Below are positions 38,736 to 48,187 of a DNA stretch of 64,000 bases, in pieces. The notes beneath the pieces were generated by a model. The model was not told the DNA's origin. It saw only the letters and a list, made by a program, of their open reading frames with translations, and ran no database searches. Made by a program: the position numbers and the translations under genes. Each line of letters starts with the position of its first letter. Position 1 is the first letter of the stretch. The DNA is from Nanobdellota archaeon (GTDB lineage: Archaea > Nanobdellota > Nanobdellia > Pacearchaeales > GW2011-AR1), in NCBI GenBank assembly GCA_038045385.1, contig JBBSYE010000007.1, forward strand, positions 44,761 to 108,760, read 5' to 3'.

Positions 38736-38765
38736 TTTAAATACTTGCCGTAAATTATTTACGAC
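38736..38765 (+). promoter_or_regulatory. TATA box plus palindromic operator upstream of the TrmB gene
   Basis: TTTAAATA 38736-38743; CGTAAAT-T-ATTTACG 38749-38763. Confidence 0.6.
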
Positions 38766-39500
38766 ATGATTGAAGAATTAAAGGAATTCGGCCTCTCAGA
38801 AAAAGAAGCTAAAGTCTACCTTGCAAGCCTTGAACTTGGAAACACAACAGCAAGCAACATAGCCATAAAGAGTAATCTTCCCAGAACACTAGTTTATGAC
38901 CTTTTAGAAAGACTTGTAAAACTCGGGCTTGTGTCCTATGCAATAAAATCAAATAAAAAATATTTCAGAACGAGTGCTCCAGAAGAACTATCACGAATAT
39001 TGGAAGAAAAACAAAAAGCAATATCTGAGATTATGCCTCAATTACAAAAAATGAACGAACTTCACGGCACACAAAGACCACAAATAGAGATATATGAAGG
39101 CAAAGAGGGCATGAAAACAGTTATGGATAATATTCTCCGTTCAAAAACAAAAGAATTCCTTGGATATGGGAGCTCTCGTTCATCTTATGAAATAATCCCC
39201 GCATTTATGGAAGAATGGCACAAAAGAAGAATAAAGCAGAAAACAATAATGAAAGTAATCTACAACAACACAAAACAAACAAGAGAAAAAATTAAGGATC
39301 TTCAGCCCTCACTTAAGTATTCTCATTTCAAAATAATGCCTATCGAACTTGAATCTCCAACTGCAACAATAATCTATGCCGATAAAGTTATTTTTCAATC
39401 ATGGACAAAAGAGCCATTTGCCGTGGTCATTGAAAGCAAAGAAATGGCTGAAAATCAGAAACGCTATTTTGAAAAGCTATGGAAAATCGCTAAGAAATAA
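38766..39500 (+). CDS. TrmB-family transcriptional regulator
   Basis: FGLSEKEAKVYLASLELG, PRTLVYDLLERLVKLGLVS, IYEGKEG. Confidence 0.92.
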   Translation: MIEELKEFGLSEKEAKVYLASLELGNTTASNIAIKSNLPRTLVYDLLERLVKLGLVSYAIKSNKKYFRTSAPEELSRILEEKQKAISEIMPQLQKMNELHGTQRPQIEIYEGKEGMKTVMDNILRSKTKEFLGYGSSRSSYEIIPAFMEEWHKRRIKQKTIMKVIYNNTKQTREKIKDLQPSLKYSHFKIMPIELESPTATIIYADKVIFQSWTKEPFAVVIESKEMAENQKRYFEKLWKIAKK

Positions 39501-39503
39501 AGA

Positions 39504-40847
39504 TTAGTCAAGCAATTTCTCTAACAATCTCTTAGCAACAGCAAAATCCGCTCTTCTACTCGTTGCTTTCATGACCTCTCCCATTAAAAAGTTAAGAACA
39601 TTCTTATCTCCAGATTTATACTTAGCAACATTCTCTTTATTTCCCTTCAATATCTTTTCTATTATCACTCTTAGTTGCTTTTCGTCACTAATTTTTCCCT
39701 CAACCTTAGACGGATCAAAACTCTTAGGAACAAACTTATTCAAAATCTGCTTGCCCTGAAGCTCAGTAATTTTTCTCTGCTCAACCAACTCTAACAAAGA
39801 AATAAAATGCTCTGGCTTAATATCAACTTTATCTAAAGTAGTTTTATTCCAATTTAACACGCGCAATAGCTCAACAGTAACCCAAGGTAAAGCCAGATTA
39901 ATAGAAATTTTCTTTGCAACTTGTTCAAAGAAATCCACAATGTCAATATTCTTCCCCAATACAAGCGCATCTTTTTCAGAAATTTTATAATTCCTTACTA
40001 TTCTCGCAAGTTTAGCCGAAGGCAACTCAGGAATTTCCTTGCTCAACTCTTGAACAAACTTCTTATCAATCCTCAAGTCGGTTAAGTCAGGATCCGAAAT
40101 AAATCTATAATCTTCCTGTTGCTCTTTACCTCGCATTCGCATAGTCTTTCCTTTAACTTCATCAAATCTTCTAGTCTCGCGAACCGATCCATCTCTAGTT
40201 TGCCTTTCAAGTTCAAATTCAATTGCTTTTCCGACAGATTCAATTGAATTTATATTCTTCACTTCAACTCTATCAGTTAACTTTGGGATATTTACGTTAA
40301 CATCAACTTTAATACCCGCATCAGAATCTGCAACTTTCAAATACGCGAGAGCGTGCACAAGCTTACCAAGCCATTCCATAACTTCCTCTGCGTAAGTAAA
40401 ATCAGGTTCAGTCACAATCTCAACAAGCGGAAGTCCCGAACGATTGTAATCTACCTTTCCAGAAGAAGGCTCCCAAGAAGCAGGATCTTCTTCAAGATGC
40501 ATACTTGAAATTCTAATTCCTTCAAACTTCCCATTAATCCCAAGAGGAACCGCATGCGCCCCACTTAGAGTATTCTGATATCCCTTAGGCAAATCAGGCC
40601 AATCATAATGTTTTCTTCTCCAAGGCATTCTATTAGAAACCTCACAATTTAACATTAAAGCAATCTTAACCGCTTTTCTAACTGCCTCTGCATTTGGCAA
40701 CATAGGCTTAGCCCCTGGCTGACCAGTACAAGTAGGACATACATTTACGTTAGCCTTATTTTTTTCACGAGAAGCAATGCATCTACAAAAAAGCTTCTCT
40801 TTAGTTGTTAAATAAGTATGTATCTCAAGCCCAATCATGCCTTTCAT
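39504..40847 (-). CDS. gatB: Asp/Glu-tRNA amidotransferase subunit B
   Basis: IGLEIH, RKHYDWPDLPKGYQ, DYNRSGLPLVEIVTEPD. Confidence 0.95.
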   Translation of the reverse strand: MKGMIGLEIHTYLTTKEKLFCRCIASREKNKANVNVCPTCTGQPGAKPMLPNAEAVRKAVKIALMLNCEVSNRMPWRRKHYDWPDLPKGYQNTLSGAHAVPLGINGKFEGIRISSMHLEEDPASWEPSSGKVDYNRSGLPLVEIVTEPDFTYAEEVMEWLGKLVHALAYLKVADSDAGIKVDVNVNIPKLTDRVEVKNINSIESVGKAIEFELERQTRDGSVRETRRFDEVKGKTMRMRGKEQQEDYRFISDPDLTDLRIDKKFVQELSKEIPELPSAKLARIVRNYKISEKDALVLGKNIDIVDFFEQVAKKISINLALPWVTVELLRVLNWNKTTLDKVDIKPEHFISLLELVEQRKITELQGKQILNKFVPKSFDPSKVEGKISDEKQLRVIIEKILKGNKENVAKYKSGDKNVLNFLMGEVMKATSRRADFAVAKRLLEKLLD

Positions 40848-40877
40848 AATCGCAAAAGAATAAACCAGTTTTTATAT

Positions 40878-41903
40878 TTACGCACCAAAATTTCTCTTCC
40901 TTCTAACAAACTCTTCAACCGCCTCTTTTAATTGCGTAGGCCCAAAATCAGGAAAATATAATTCGCTAAAATAAAGCTCTGCATATGCTCCCTGAAAAGG
41001 CATAAAACCGCTCGTACGTTGCTCACCACTAGTACGAATAATTAAATCAGGATCAGGAATCTCATCAGTATCAAGAAAAGATGAAATTTTACTCTCATCA
41101 ATCTCTCCAATTCCCGACTTAAGCATTTTATTTATCGCTCTAGCCAACTCATCTCTGCCACCATAATCCAAACAAAATTGAACATTAAAATCAGAAAAAT
41201 CCCGAGTTTCTCTCTCAAGTTCTTCAACTGAAGAAATTATATCTCTAGGTAATCTATCCTTTCTTCCAAGATGCCTAAATCTAATTTTCTCTTTCATAAA
41301 ACTAACTTTTATCTGTTCAATATTTTTTCTAAATAAATCAAACAAATAATCAACTTCCTCCTTATCCCGCTTCCAATTTTCAGTTGAAAATCCCCATAAG
41401 CTAACATACTTCACCCCAAGCTCCCGCGCCTCCTTAAAAAGAGCCATCAAATTATCCTCTTCTATTGCTTTCTCATGTCCTTTGCTAGATAGAAAACCTT
41501 TTTCCTTGGCCCATCTTCTATTTCCATCAGGAATTATAGCAACATGCAAAGGCAAATTCTTTCTTTGTAAAAAGAATCTTCCTAAATTAGTAAAGCTAGA
41601 TTTTTGATCTTTGATAAACCCGCTATCGACCGCAATTAAAAATTCATTATACGAATTACTCTTCTTTCTCCAAGCATAAGAAAATCCGCTAATCTTAGAA
41701 AATAACGGCCCCTTTTGAACTTCTACAAGAAATTTTTGCAGTTCTTTCCTTGAACCTTGAGCAACAACAAAAACGCTACCATCTTGACGATTACGCACAA
41801 AACCTCCAATTCCAAAAGAATCAGCAACTTTCTTGACAAATTGCCTAAAACCCACACCCTGCACGCGACCAAAAATATCAATCTTTAACTCTAGTTCCGC
41901 CAT
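40878..41903 (-). CDS. uppS: Acylphosphatase fused to cis-polyprenyl diphosphate synthase
   Basis: GRVQGVGFR..VRN; HVAIIPDGNRRWA, FSTENWKR, RTSGEQRTSGF. Confidence 0.9.
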   Translation of the reverse strand: MAELELKIDIFGRVQGVGFRQFVKKVADSFGIGGFVRNRQDGSVFVVAQGSRKELQKFLVEVQKGPLFSKISGFSYAWRKKSNSYNEFLIAVDSGFIKDQKSSFTNLGRFFLQRKNLPLHVAIIPDGNRRWAKEKGFLSSKGHEKAIEEDNLMALFKEARELGVKYVSLWGFSTENWKRDKEEVDYLFDLFRKNIEQIKVSFMKEKIRFRHLGRKDRLPRDIISSVEELERETRDFSDFNVQFCLDYGGRDELARAINKMLKSGIGEIDESKISSFLDTDEIPDPDLIIRTSGEQRTSGFMPFQGAYAELYFSELYFPDFGPTQLKEAVEEFVRRKRNFGA

Positions 41904-41941
41904 AGCAAGTAAAGCCAATATTAAGCTTAAAAACATTATCT

Positions 41942-42985
41942 TTACAAAATCTCGAGTTCAAGTCTTTCTTTAAATTCATCAAGTAAAGAAGTCTTTATCC
42001 TCATTCCAACTGCATCAGCATGTCCTCCGCCCGAAGCACCAGGAAAATGAACCAAAACTCTATTTAGCAAATCAAGAACATTCTTTCCCCGCATAGATAT
42101 ATTTGAAATCGCAGACTTAACATAGGCTACAACAATTATAGACTTTGGAAAATTATGAGAAAGTTTATTTGCGATTTCTGCACTCATGCTAGTCATGCCT
42201 GCATATCTAAAAAAAATCAACTTTCCTTTATGTCTTAAAGCTTCTGCATAAAGCTCGTCATATCTTTTGAAGAAAACTCGAACATTCTGCGCAAAATCAC
42301 TATCCGAATCCAACTCCTCGCGAGCAAGCTCCGGAGAAATACATGAAATAAAAAAGTCCTCTATACGTCTAACAGAAGAAAGACTATCTTTTATTCCAAA
42401 ACTTATCGCTCTAGCGAGTCTTCCTATCTCAGTATCATAATAAGCATCAAATGGCTTCTTCACATTACCCCAAAAACCCTTATATTTTTTGCCAAAATCC
42501 TTATTAAAAGAAGGTAAATAATGATCTGCAATACACCCTATCATAGCAATCCACATATCTTCCTTTCTCGCAGTCAGATTATAACAAATATTTGTAACTG
42601 GACTTAGCTCATCTCCAGAAAAGTGCGGATTATAATAATAAACAAAATCTCCCCATTCTACCCTTTCAGTTTTATGATGATCAATCCATAATATAGGCAC
42701 ATTAGCCGAAGTCAAAGTCGCAACAAAATCTGCTCCAAGAGAATGCCTATCAAGAACAACAACTAAATCAGCTCCGTGAGAAAGAGCCTTACCAGCATAT
42801 CTCTCATCAATTTCAGGATTACTCCTCACAATCTCTCCGCTTCCCCTAGCAAGCCATCTCCTCAAAAGTACAGAACTACAAAAACCATCAGCATCACTAT
42901 CATAAACAAAAAAAGGATTTTGCGAGTTTTCAAGCATCTCCCTAGTTCGAGCCAAAGAAATCAAATGCATATCAATCCATCTCAA
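41942..42985 (-). CDS. DHH/DHHA1 phosphoesterase
   Basis: DSDADG, IDHH, GGGHADAVG. Confidence 0.88.
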   Translation of the reverse strand: MRWIDMHLISLARTREMLENSQNPFFVYDSDADGFCSSVLLRRWLARGSGEIVRSNPEIDERYAGKALSHGADLVVVLDRHSLGADFVATLTSANVPILWIDHHKTERVEWGDFVYYYNPHFSGDELSPVTNICYNLTARKEDMWIAMIGCIADHYLPSFNKDFGKKYKGFWGNVKKPFDAYYDTEIGRLARAISFGIKDSLSSVRRIEDFFISCISPELAREELDSDSDFAQNVRVFFKRYDELYAEALRHKGKLIFFRYAGMTSMSAEIANKLSHNFPKSIIVVAYVKSAISNISMRGKNVLDLLNRVLVHFPGASGGGHADAVGMRIKTSLLDEFKERLELEIL

Positions 42986-43003
42986 AAAGGCTATTTAAGT
43001 TTA

Positions 43004-43729
43004 TCAGAAACTCTTCAAACTATAAACCACACTAACTTGCGCACTAACCTCAACATCTCTAGGAGTGATTGAAGATGCAGCAACTTTAACATCAGCTATC
43101 TCTCCGCTAGTTAAAGCTCCATCTCCAGCACGAGCATAATAAGGCATAGGATAATAATTAAATTCCTGCGATGAAACGCTTACTAGTTTACCAAGCTTTT
43201 TACCCAGTCCGCGAGCTTGTGCCTCAGCTTTTGCTCTAGCGTCCTTGCTTGCTTGCTCAAGTGCAATTATCTTATTCTCATTCTGCGCTTCCTGTGATAA
43301 TTCTAAAGATATTGTCGAAACATATGCTCCTGCGCCTATTCCTCGTTCAACAATATCAGAGACTTCATCAAAGTTATCAAGCTCAACAATAACATCCTGT
43401 CTCGTCACAAAGCCAATCTGTCTAGAATTCCCATTTGAATAATCATATTCGGGATAACTTGAAAATCCACTAAATTTAATATTTTCACTAGCAATAGACA
43501 AAGCAGAAACCAAATTATCCGTGATTCTAGTATTTTCCAGTTGCGATTGCCCCTGACTTACATTATGAGTTTCAACAACAAAATAAATCTTAATTCTATC
43601 CGGCTTAGCCTCAATAGTGCTACTACCTTGTGCGCTCACACTAGGCTGATCTCCAGCGAAAAGAAAAGCAACAACTAGAACAAGTGCAACAATAACTCCA
43701 ATAGTAATTAACTTATTTCGTTCCATCAT
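43004..43729 (-). CDS. SIMPL domain (DUF541) protein
   Basis: VSAQGSSTIEAKPD, ALEQASKDARAKAEAQARGLG, VEVSAQVSVVY. Confidence 0.85.
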   Translation of the reverse strand: MMERNKLITIGVIVALVLVVAFLFAGDQPSVSAQGSSTIEAKPDRIKIYFVVETHNVSQGQSQLENTRITDNLVSALSIASENIKFSGFSSYPEYDYSNGNSRQIGFVTRQDVIVELDNFDEVSDIVERGIGAGAYVSTISLELSQEAQNENKIIALEQASKDARAKAEAQARGLGKKLGKLVSVSSQEFNYYPMPYYARAGDGALTSGEIADVKVAASSITPRDVEVSAQVSVVYSLKSF

Positions 43730-44052
43730 TGTGAACGCTCCTTAACAAAACACACTATCGCAATTATAAAGGCTACTATCGCGAAATAAAAAAAGTAAAG
43801 ATACATGTTTGTAGGATAATCTCCAGGCACACATTGTGCAGTACATAAGTTTGAATTCCCAAATATACTAATTTTTATTGCCTCAGTCCAAGTCTTAGGC
43901 TCACAAGCGCTTCCACAAGAATTATATCCGATAGCATAATTAAAAGCAAAATATGAAGACACTAAAAGCAAAATTGCCAGAGCCAGAAAAAGATAACTTA
44001 ATTTAAATCTCATATTAGTTACTCCTCCAATTCCACAATAGAAAAACAACAA
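43726..44052 (-). CDS. Small two-TM protein with Cys loop
   Basis: CGSAC..CTAQC between hydrophobic helices. Confidence 0.55.
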   Translation of the reverse strand: MLFFYCGIGGVTNMRFKLSYLFLALAILLLVSSYFAFNYAIGYNSCGSACEPKTWTEAIKISIFGNSNLCTAQCVPGDYPTNMYLYFFYFAIVAFIIAIVCFVKERSQ

Positions 44053-44602
44053 GCACAGTTAAAGATCCAAGTAAAAACCAAGCCCAAATAGGCGATGCCG
44101 TCGCAAGAGGCCCATAATAACCAGTCAAATCAAGCTCTGATGCACTCTGCATAGTTTTCAAAGCGCCATCAGAAGCCACATTTGCCGAAGAACCCAAACT
44201 ATCGCCAGAAGCATAATTAGCTACTGCTTGATCTGAGGGAAATGCAAACTTCAATATTCCTGCACCAAGAATAGAAGCAACTATTGCAGGAATTACTCCC
44301 TTAGTCATACTCTTCGGGGAAATAATAATCTTTCTATCAGAAACTCTATAAATTGGAACTTTCTTTCCCTTAGAACTCCATAAAGACTTAGTCTGCTCAA
44401 TAAGCCCAGCGGAAACAAGTTTCTTAATTGTATAATCCATTGTGCTAGCAGGTATCTTCAATCTCTCAATCAGCTCACTCTGGCCCAACTCTCTTTCAGC
44501 CAAAAGCCCAATAACTTTCTTAGCAGTATTATTAGACAAAACTTCCGCTATTCTGGCGCTTCTCTCATCATGTAAATCAATCATCAAATAATTCTTACTC
44601 AT
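44015..44602 (-). CDS. ArsR-like winged-helix regulator with C-terminal TM helices
   Basis: IAEVLSNNTAKKVI, IPASTMDYTIKKLVSAGLI; two hydrophobic segments. Confidence 0.8.
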   Translation of the reverse strand: MSKNYLMIDLHDERSARIAEVLSNNTAKKVIGLLAERELGQSELIERLKIPASTMDYTIKKLVSAGLIEQTKSLWSSKGKKVPIYRVSDRKIIISPKSMTKGVIPAIVASILGAGILKFAFPSDQAVANYASGDSLGSSANVASDGALKTMQSASELDLTGYYGPLATASPIWAWFLLGSLTVLVVFLLWNWRSN

Positions 44603-44659
44603 CCGATCCAGAAGAGAAACATCTTTATAAATAAATCTAAGACTTCAACTGAACTTGAG

Positions 44660-44989
44660 TCACTCTCGCAAAATAGAATCAACATCATGTTTTTGAGTAA
44701 ACAACTCCAAACCCCTCAAAAAAGCCTTATTACCCTCATGACAATGTAGCTCTCTCATATCTTTACGAGAGATATCAAGAACAGCGATTCTTTTTTGCAA
44801 GTCTATTATTATAGGAATACGTTTATATTCCGGAAGATCAAGATTAGCTATTATCATCTGACTAGACTCATCTAATCTTGCATTTCTATCATAATTCATA
44901 ACAAAAGAAGCATAAAAAACTCCTTCTCCATGTCCTAGCTCATAATTTTTTTCAGTCATTTTATCAAGGTGAGTCACAATCCCTGCCAT
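44660..44989 (-). CDS. Hypothetical protein
   Basis: ORF track only. Confidence 0.5.
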   Translation of the reverse strand: MAGIVTHLDKMTEKNYELGHGEGVFYASFVMNYDRNARLDESSQMIIANLDLPEYKRIPIIIDLQKRIAVLDISRKDMRELHCHEGNKAFLRGLELFTQKHDVDSILRE

Positions 44990-45058
44990 ATATAAAGCTG
45001 TGTAATTACTATATCGCAGAATGAAAATGTTTAAAAAGCAACTCTATCTAAAGAAAAT

Positions 45059-45328
45059 ATGAATAAGTGGTCAGAATTATTACTAGGCTTGATTTTAATA
45101 ATAGTCCCAATAATAATTGCATTCTATTCGGCAACTTGGGGAATCTGGAACTTCTGGACTGCAGCAGGCGAGTTCTTCAAAGGAGGTTTGTTCTGGTTTG
45201 TAGTTATGATTGGCGCTCTTTTCATCCTTTTAGGAATTTCAGATTTGAAAGAAGATATGAATAAACCAAGAATGGCTCCTCAAACCCAGATGCAGAATCA
45301 AGCGCCAGTAAAACCTAGAAAAAAGTAA
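45059..45328 (+). CDS. Small membrane protein
   Basis: Two TM helices; TTTAAAAA upstream. Confidence 0.7.
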   Translation: MNKWSELLLGLILIIVPIIIAFYSATWGIWNFWTAAGEFFKGGLFWFVVMIGALFILLGISDLKEDMNKPRMAPQTQMQNQAPVKPRKK

Positions 45329-45841
45329 TTATCTTTTTATACAATTCTTACAAGCTTTAAACCTCAAGTTTACAAAATAACTCTTATCATTTGAAACAAG
45401 CTTAAACTTCTTCTTTATCAATTTGCTAAACCTGCAAGAACTTTTATGATAAACTCTAGCCTCACTAGAACCAACAAAATCAAATCTCTTATTCAATGAC
45501 TTAACTTTAGGCCTATCAACATAAACATATTCCGGAACTCTATGAATAACTGGTCTATCAACAATAACTTCAATAGGCCTTTCAACTTCTTTAATTATCT
45601 CTCTATCAATGTACTGCGTTCTTTGAAAGAAATGCAAGCCGAAAAGCACAGAAATAAAAATCAAATATAATATCCCTAGAATTAACACCACAATAAATTT
45701 CCCAAGTAAATCTAAATTCAATCGGTCATTCAAAATTATCCCAATAACTAGCGCGATAAAAAACATGACAATAGCAATAAAAAAATTAGTCAGCTTCCAA
45801 AGCCCATGAAAATGCTCCTCTGAATTCGGCGTGAATAACAT
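45329..45841 (-). CDS. Membrane protein with C-terminal Ada-like metal-binding domain
   Basis: FVGSSEARVYHKSSC...ACKNC. Confidence 0.7.
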   Translation of the reverse strand: MLFTPNSEEHFHGLWKLTNFFIAIVMFFIALVIGIILNDRLNLDLLGKFIVVLILGILYLIFISVLFGLHFFQRTQYIDREIIKEVERPIEVIVDRPVIHRVPEYVYVDRPKVKSLNKRFDFVGSSEARVYHKSSCRFSKLIKKKFKLVSNDKSYFVNLRFKACKNCIKR

Positions 45842-45875
45842 AATTTAACAAAGATAACAGATTATATAAAAGATA

Positions 45876-46247
45876 TCAAAATTCAAAAAATGCAAGCCTT
45901 GGATGTTTAAGTTTCTCCATTAGTTCAGACCTCACATTATCCATTTCTTCATCTTGAACCCTTCTTACTTTTGAAGACCTAAACCAAGAGAAAAATCCTT
46001 CTGGCTTAACAAGGTAACCGCTTACTACAATTCCTTGCTCGCATACATTGCGAAATCCCTCTGATGTATGGATAACTTCATCACTCTCACGCTGTTGATG
46101 AAGACAAACTACCACTTGTCCATTATCAAGAAGAACTTCAGATATATCATAATTACAACTACCTCTACCAAAATACATTCTAGTAGCTTCGAAATCCAAT
46201 GCGGGATCAACTAAAGTTGGGTAGTCATCCAAACGTTCTTTTGTCAT
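45876..46247 (-). CDS. Hypothetical protein
   Basis: ORF with TTTATATA upstream. Confidence 0.55.
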   Translation of the reverse strand: MTKERLDDYPTLVDPALDFEATRMYFGRGSCNYDISEVLLDNGQVVVCLHQQRESDEVIHTSEGFRNVCEQGIVVSGYLVKPEGFFSWFRSSKVRRVQDEEMDNVRSELMEKLKHPRLAFFEF

Positions 46248-46277
46248 AAATTATTCAGAAATAAACCCTATATAAAA

Positions 46278-46844
46278 CTATTTCTTATTTGCAATTCTCT
46301 TTAAAACTTCTTTAATATTCTTGTTCAGCTGTTCCATAGCATCTTCAAGTTGAGCCTTATTTTTAGTTCCAGTACAGACAAGCTTTCCATTAGAGAAAAG
46401 AAGAAATGTGGCAGTCGGGTTATCTAGTTTGTAAACAAGCCCAGGAAATTGCTCTGGCTCATATTCAGTATTCTCAAGTTCCAACGCTAAAATATTAAGA
46501 TTCAAATCAACATTAATAGTTCCAGAAGCAACAATATTCTGAACAGTTATCTTAGGAGTATCAGTAATCTTAACGCCAATCTTCGCTAACTGCTTGATAA
46601 CTTGAGCAATAACTTCCTTAACTTGAGCAATACTCTTAGTTCCAGTACAAACAAGATTTCCAGAAGAAAATACAAGAACCGCTGATTTAGGCTTCTTCAC
46701 TCTCAAAACAAGCCCTGGAAACTGCTCGGGATTATACTCAGTATTATTATGAGTCTTCGCAAGTTTAGTCAAAGACACGGGCTTCCCTAATGAAGAAGTA
46801 GCAACGATATTTTGTATTGCAAGATCAGATTTGGAGCTAGCCAT
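46278..46844 (-). CDS. tbp: TATA-box-binding protein
   Basis: Two repeats NIVA..EY(N/E)PEQFPGLV..FS(S/N)G.LVCTGTK. Confidence 0.98.
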   Translation of the reverse strand: MASSKSDLAIQNIVATSSLGKPVSLTKLAKTHNNTEYNPEQFPGLVLRVKKPKSAVLVFSSGNLVCTGTKSIAQVKEVIAQVIKQLAKIGVKITDTPKITVQNIVASGTINVDLNLNILALELENTEYEPEQFPGLVYKLDNPTATFLLFSNGKLVCTGTKNKAQLEDAMEQLNKNIKEVLKRIANKK

Positions 46845-46954
46845 TATTAGAATATCATTTATAAAGGAAATCGCTTTATAAAGCTTTGTAAGTTCACTCT
46901 GATTTTTTGGAGTCAGTAAAATACAGAGGTTAAAAAATAAAAAGATAAATTTTT

Positions 46955-47449
46955 CTAATCTTCAGACATTCCTATTTGAACATGGTTAACTACATGACCT
47001 TGTCTATGAGTAACTGGATGCCATGAACCCACAGATATATGGGGTAACTCTGCACCCTTTCCATTTGAAGGAAGAGATATTGAAATCCCTAGCAAGTCCG
47101 CGCCACAATTATATATCTCAATTGGTTTTCCTCTTAAGGTAGATAAATCAAATCCAAAGCATTTAGAATCTATCATGAAATCAACAATCTTATCTAATCC
47201 AGTTATTTCGATACAATTATTATTTCCCTTTACTCTAATCGATAAGCAAGAAAGACCATCAACAGCCTTCTCCTTATTTAAATAAGCCCTGCTACCCTCT
47301 CCAAATTCATAAAAATAAGCCTCTTCAATATTACCAGTTTCAATTCGAGCAGTTGCTAAATCTCTCTCAGAAACTTCTCTATTTAGTGGAGTATAAACAT
47401 TTCTTCCTTCATATCTTAACATTTTCATATGACTTCCTTTAATCGCCAC
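46955..47449 (-). CDS. Hypothetical protein
   Basis: ORF track only. Confidence 0.5.
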   Translation of the reverse strand: MAIKGSHMKMLRYEGRNVYTPLNREVSERDLATARIETGNIEEAYFYEFGEGSRAYLNKEKAVDGLSCLSIRVKGNNNCIEITGLDKIVDFMIDSKCFGFDLSTLRGKPIEIYNCGADLLGISISLPSNGKGAELPHISVGSWHPVTHRQGHVVNHVQIGMSED

Positions 47450-47529
47450 TATTTAAAACTTTCTATTTGTTACCACTATTAAATTAAATATAAAATTTCC
47501 TTATACATATACAAGAACAAATAACAATC

Positions 47530-47560
47530 TTTAAATACTTAGTAACTTAGTAACTTTGTA
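47530..47560 (+). promoter_or_regulatory. TATA box plus 8-bp direct repeats (probable antitoxin operator)
   Basis: TTTAAATA 47530-47537; acttagta-acttagta-actttgta 47537-47560. Confidence 0.55.
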
Positions 47561-47561
47561 T

Positions 47562-47810
47562 ATGGAATCAAAAACAATTAAAATAAGCTCCGAGAATTAT
47601 CGCTGGCTAGCAAGATTAGCGGCTGAAGCCCAAAAAAGAAAAGAACGTCCAGTTTCTTTAGATGAGGCTTTATCAGAAATAAAAACAAAAAAATCCAACA
47701 AAAAACTTCTTGAATTCGCAGGCATCTGGAAGATATCAGATAAAGAAGCAGAAGAATTAAAATCAAATTTAAAAAAAGGATGGAATTCATGGAAAACAAA
47801 GTCTGTTTAG
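47562..47810 (+). CDS. vapB: VapB-like antitoxin
   Basis: KTIKISSENY, LLEFAGIW; overlaps a PIN gene. Confidence 0.8.
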   Translation: MESKTIKISSENYRWLARLAAEAQKRKERPVSLDEALSEIKTKKSNKKLLEFAGIWKISDKEAEELKSNLKKGWNSWKTKSV

Positions 47811-48184
47811 ACAGCGATTTTCTTATTGATTTTCTAAGAAACAAAGAAAAAGCAGTAAATTGGATAAAAAAAAATCCCGACCTTGAGTTAGCAACAACAA
47901 TTATCACTGCTTTTGAACTCTACCATGGGGAATATAAAAATAAAGAAAAAAGTAATGTGCAAAGATTAGATAATTTACTGCAAACAATCACCTTGCTAAA
48001 TTTAAATGAAGTTATAGCAAAAAAAGCAGGACAGATAACTGCCCAACTGCAACATGAAGGTTTAATAGTTGAATTTAGAGATGTTCTAATTGCTACTACG
48101 GCAATAATTAATAATTACTCGTTAAAAACTGAAAATAAAAAGCACTTTGAACGCATGGTGCAATTCGGATTAAAGTTGATTTAA
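47780..48184 (+). CDS. vapC: VapC PIN-domain toxin
   Basis: CLDSDFLIDFLR, FELYHG, DVLIATTA, TENKKHF. Confidence 0.9.
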   Translation: MEFMENKVCLDSDFLIDFLRNKEKAVNWIKKNPDLELATTIITAFELYHGEYKNKEKSNVQRLDNLLQTITLLNLNEVIAKKAGQITAQLQHEGLIVEFRDVLIATTAIINNYSLKTENKKHFERMVQFGLKLI

Positions 48185-48187
48185 CAG

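Noticed and set aside
16694-40847. Scattered gatA/gatC/gatB plus gatD/gatE
   Set aside because: Standard archaeal indirect Asn/Gln aminoacylation; dispersal is unremarkable
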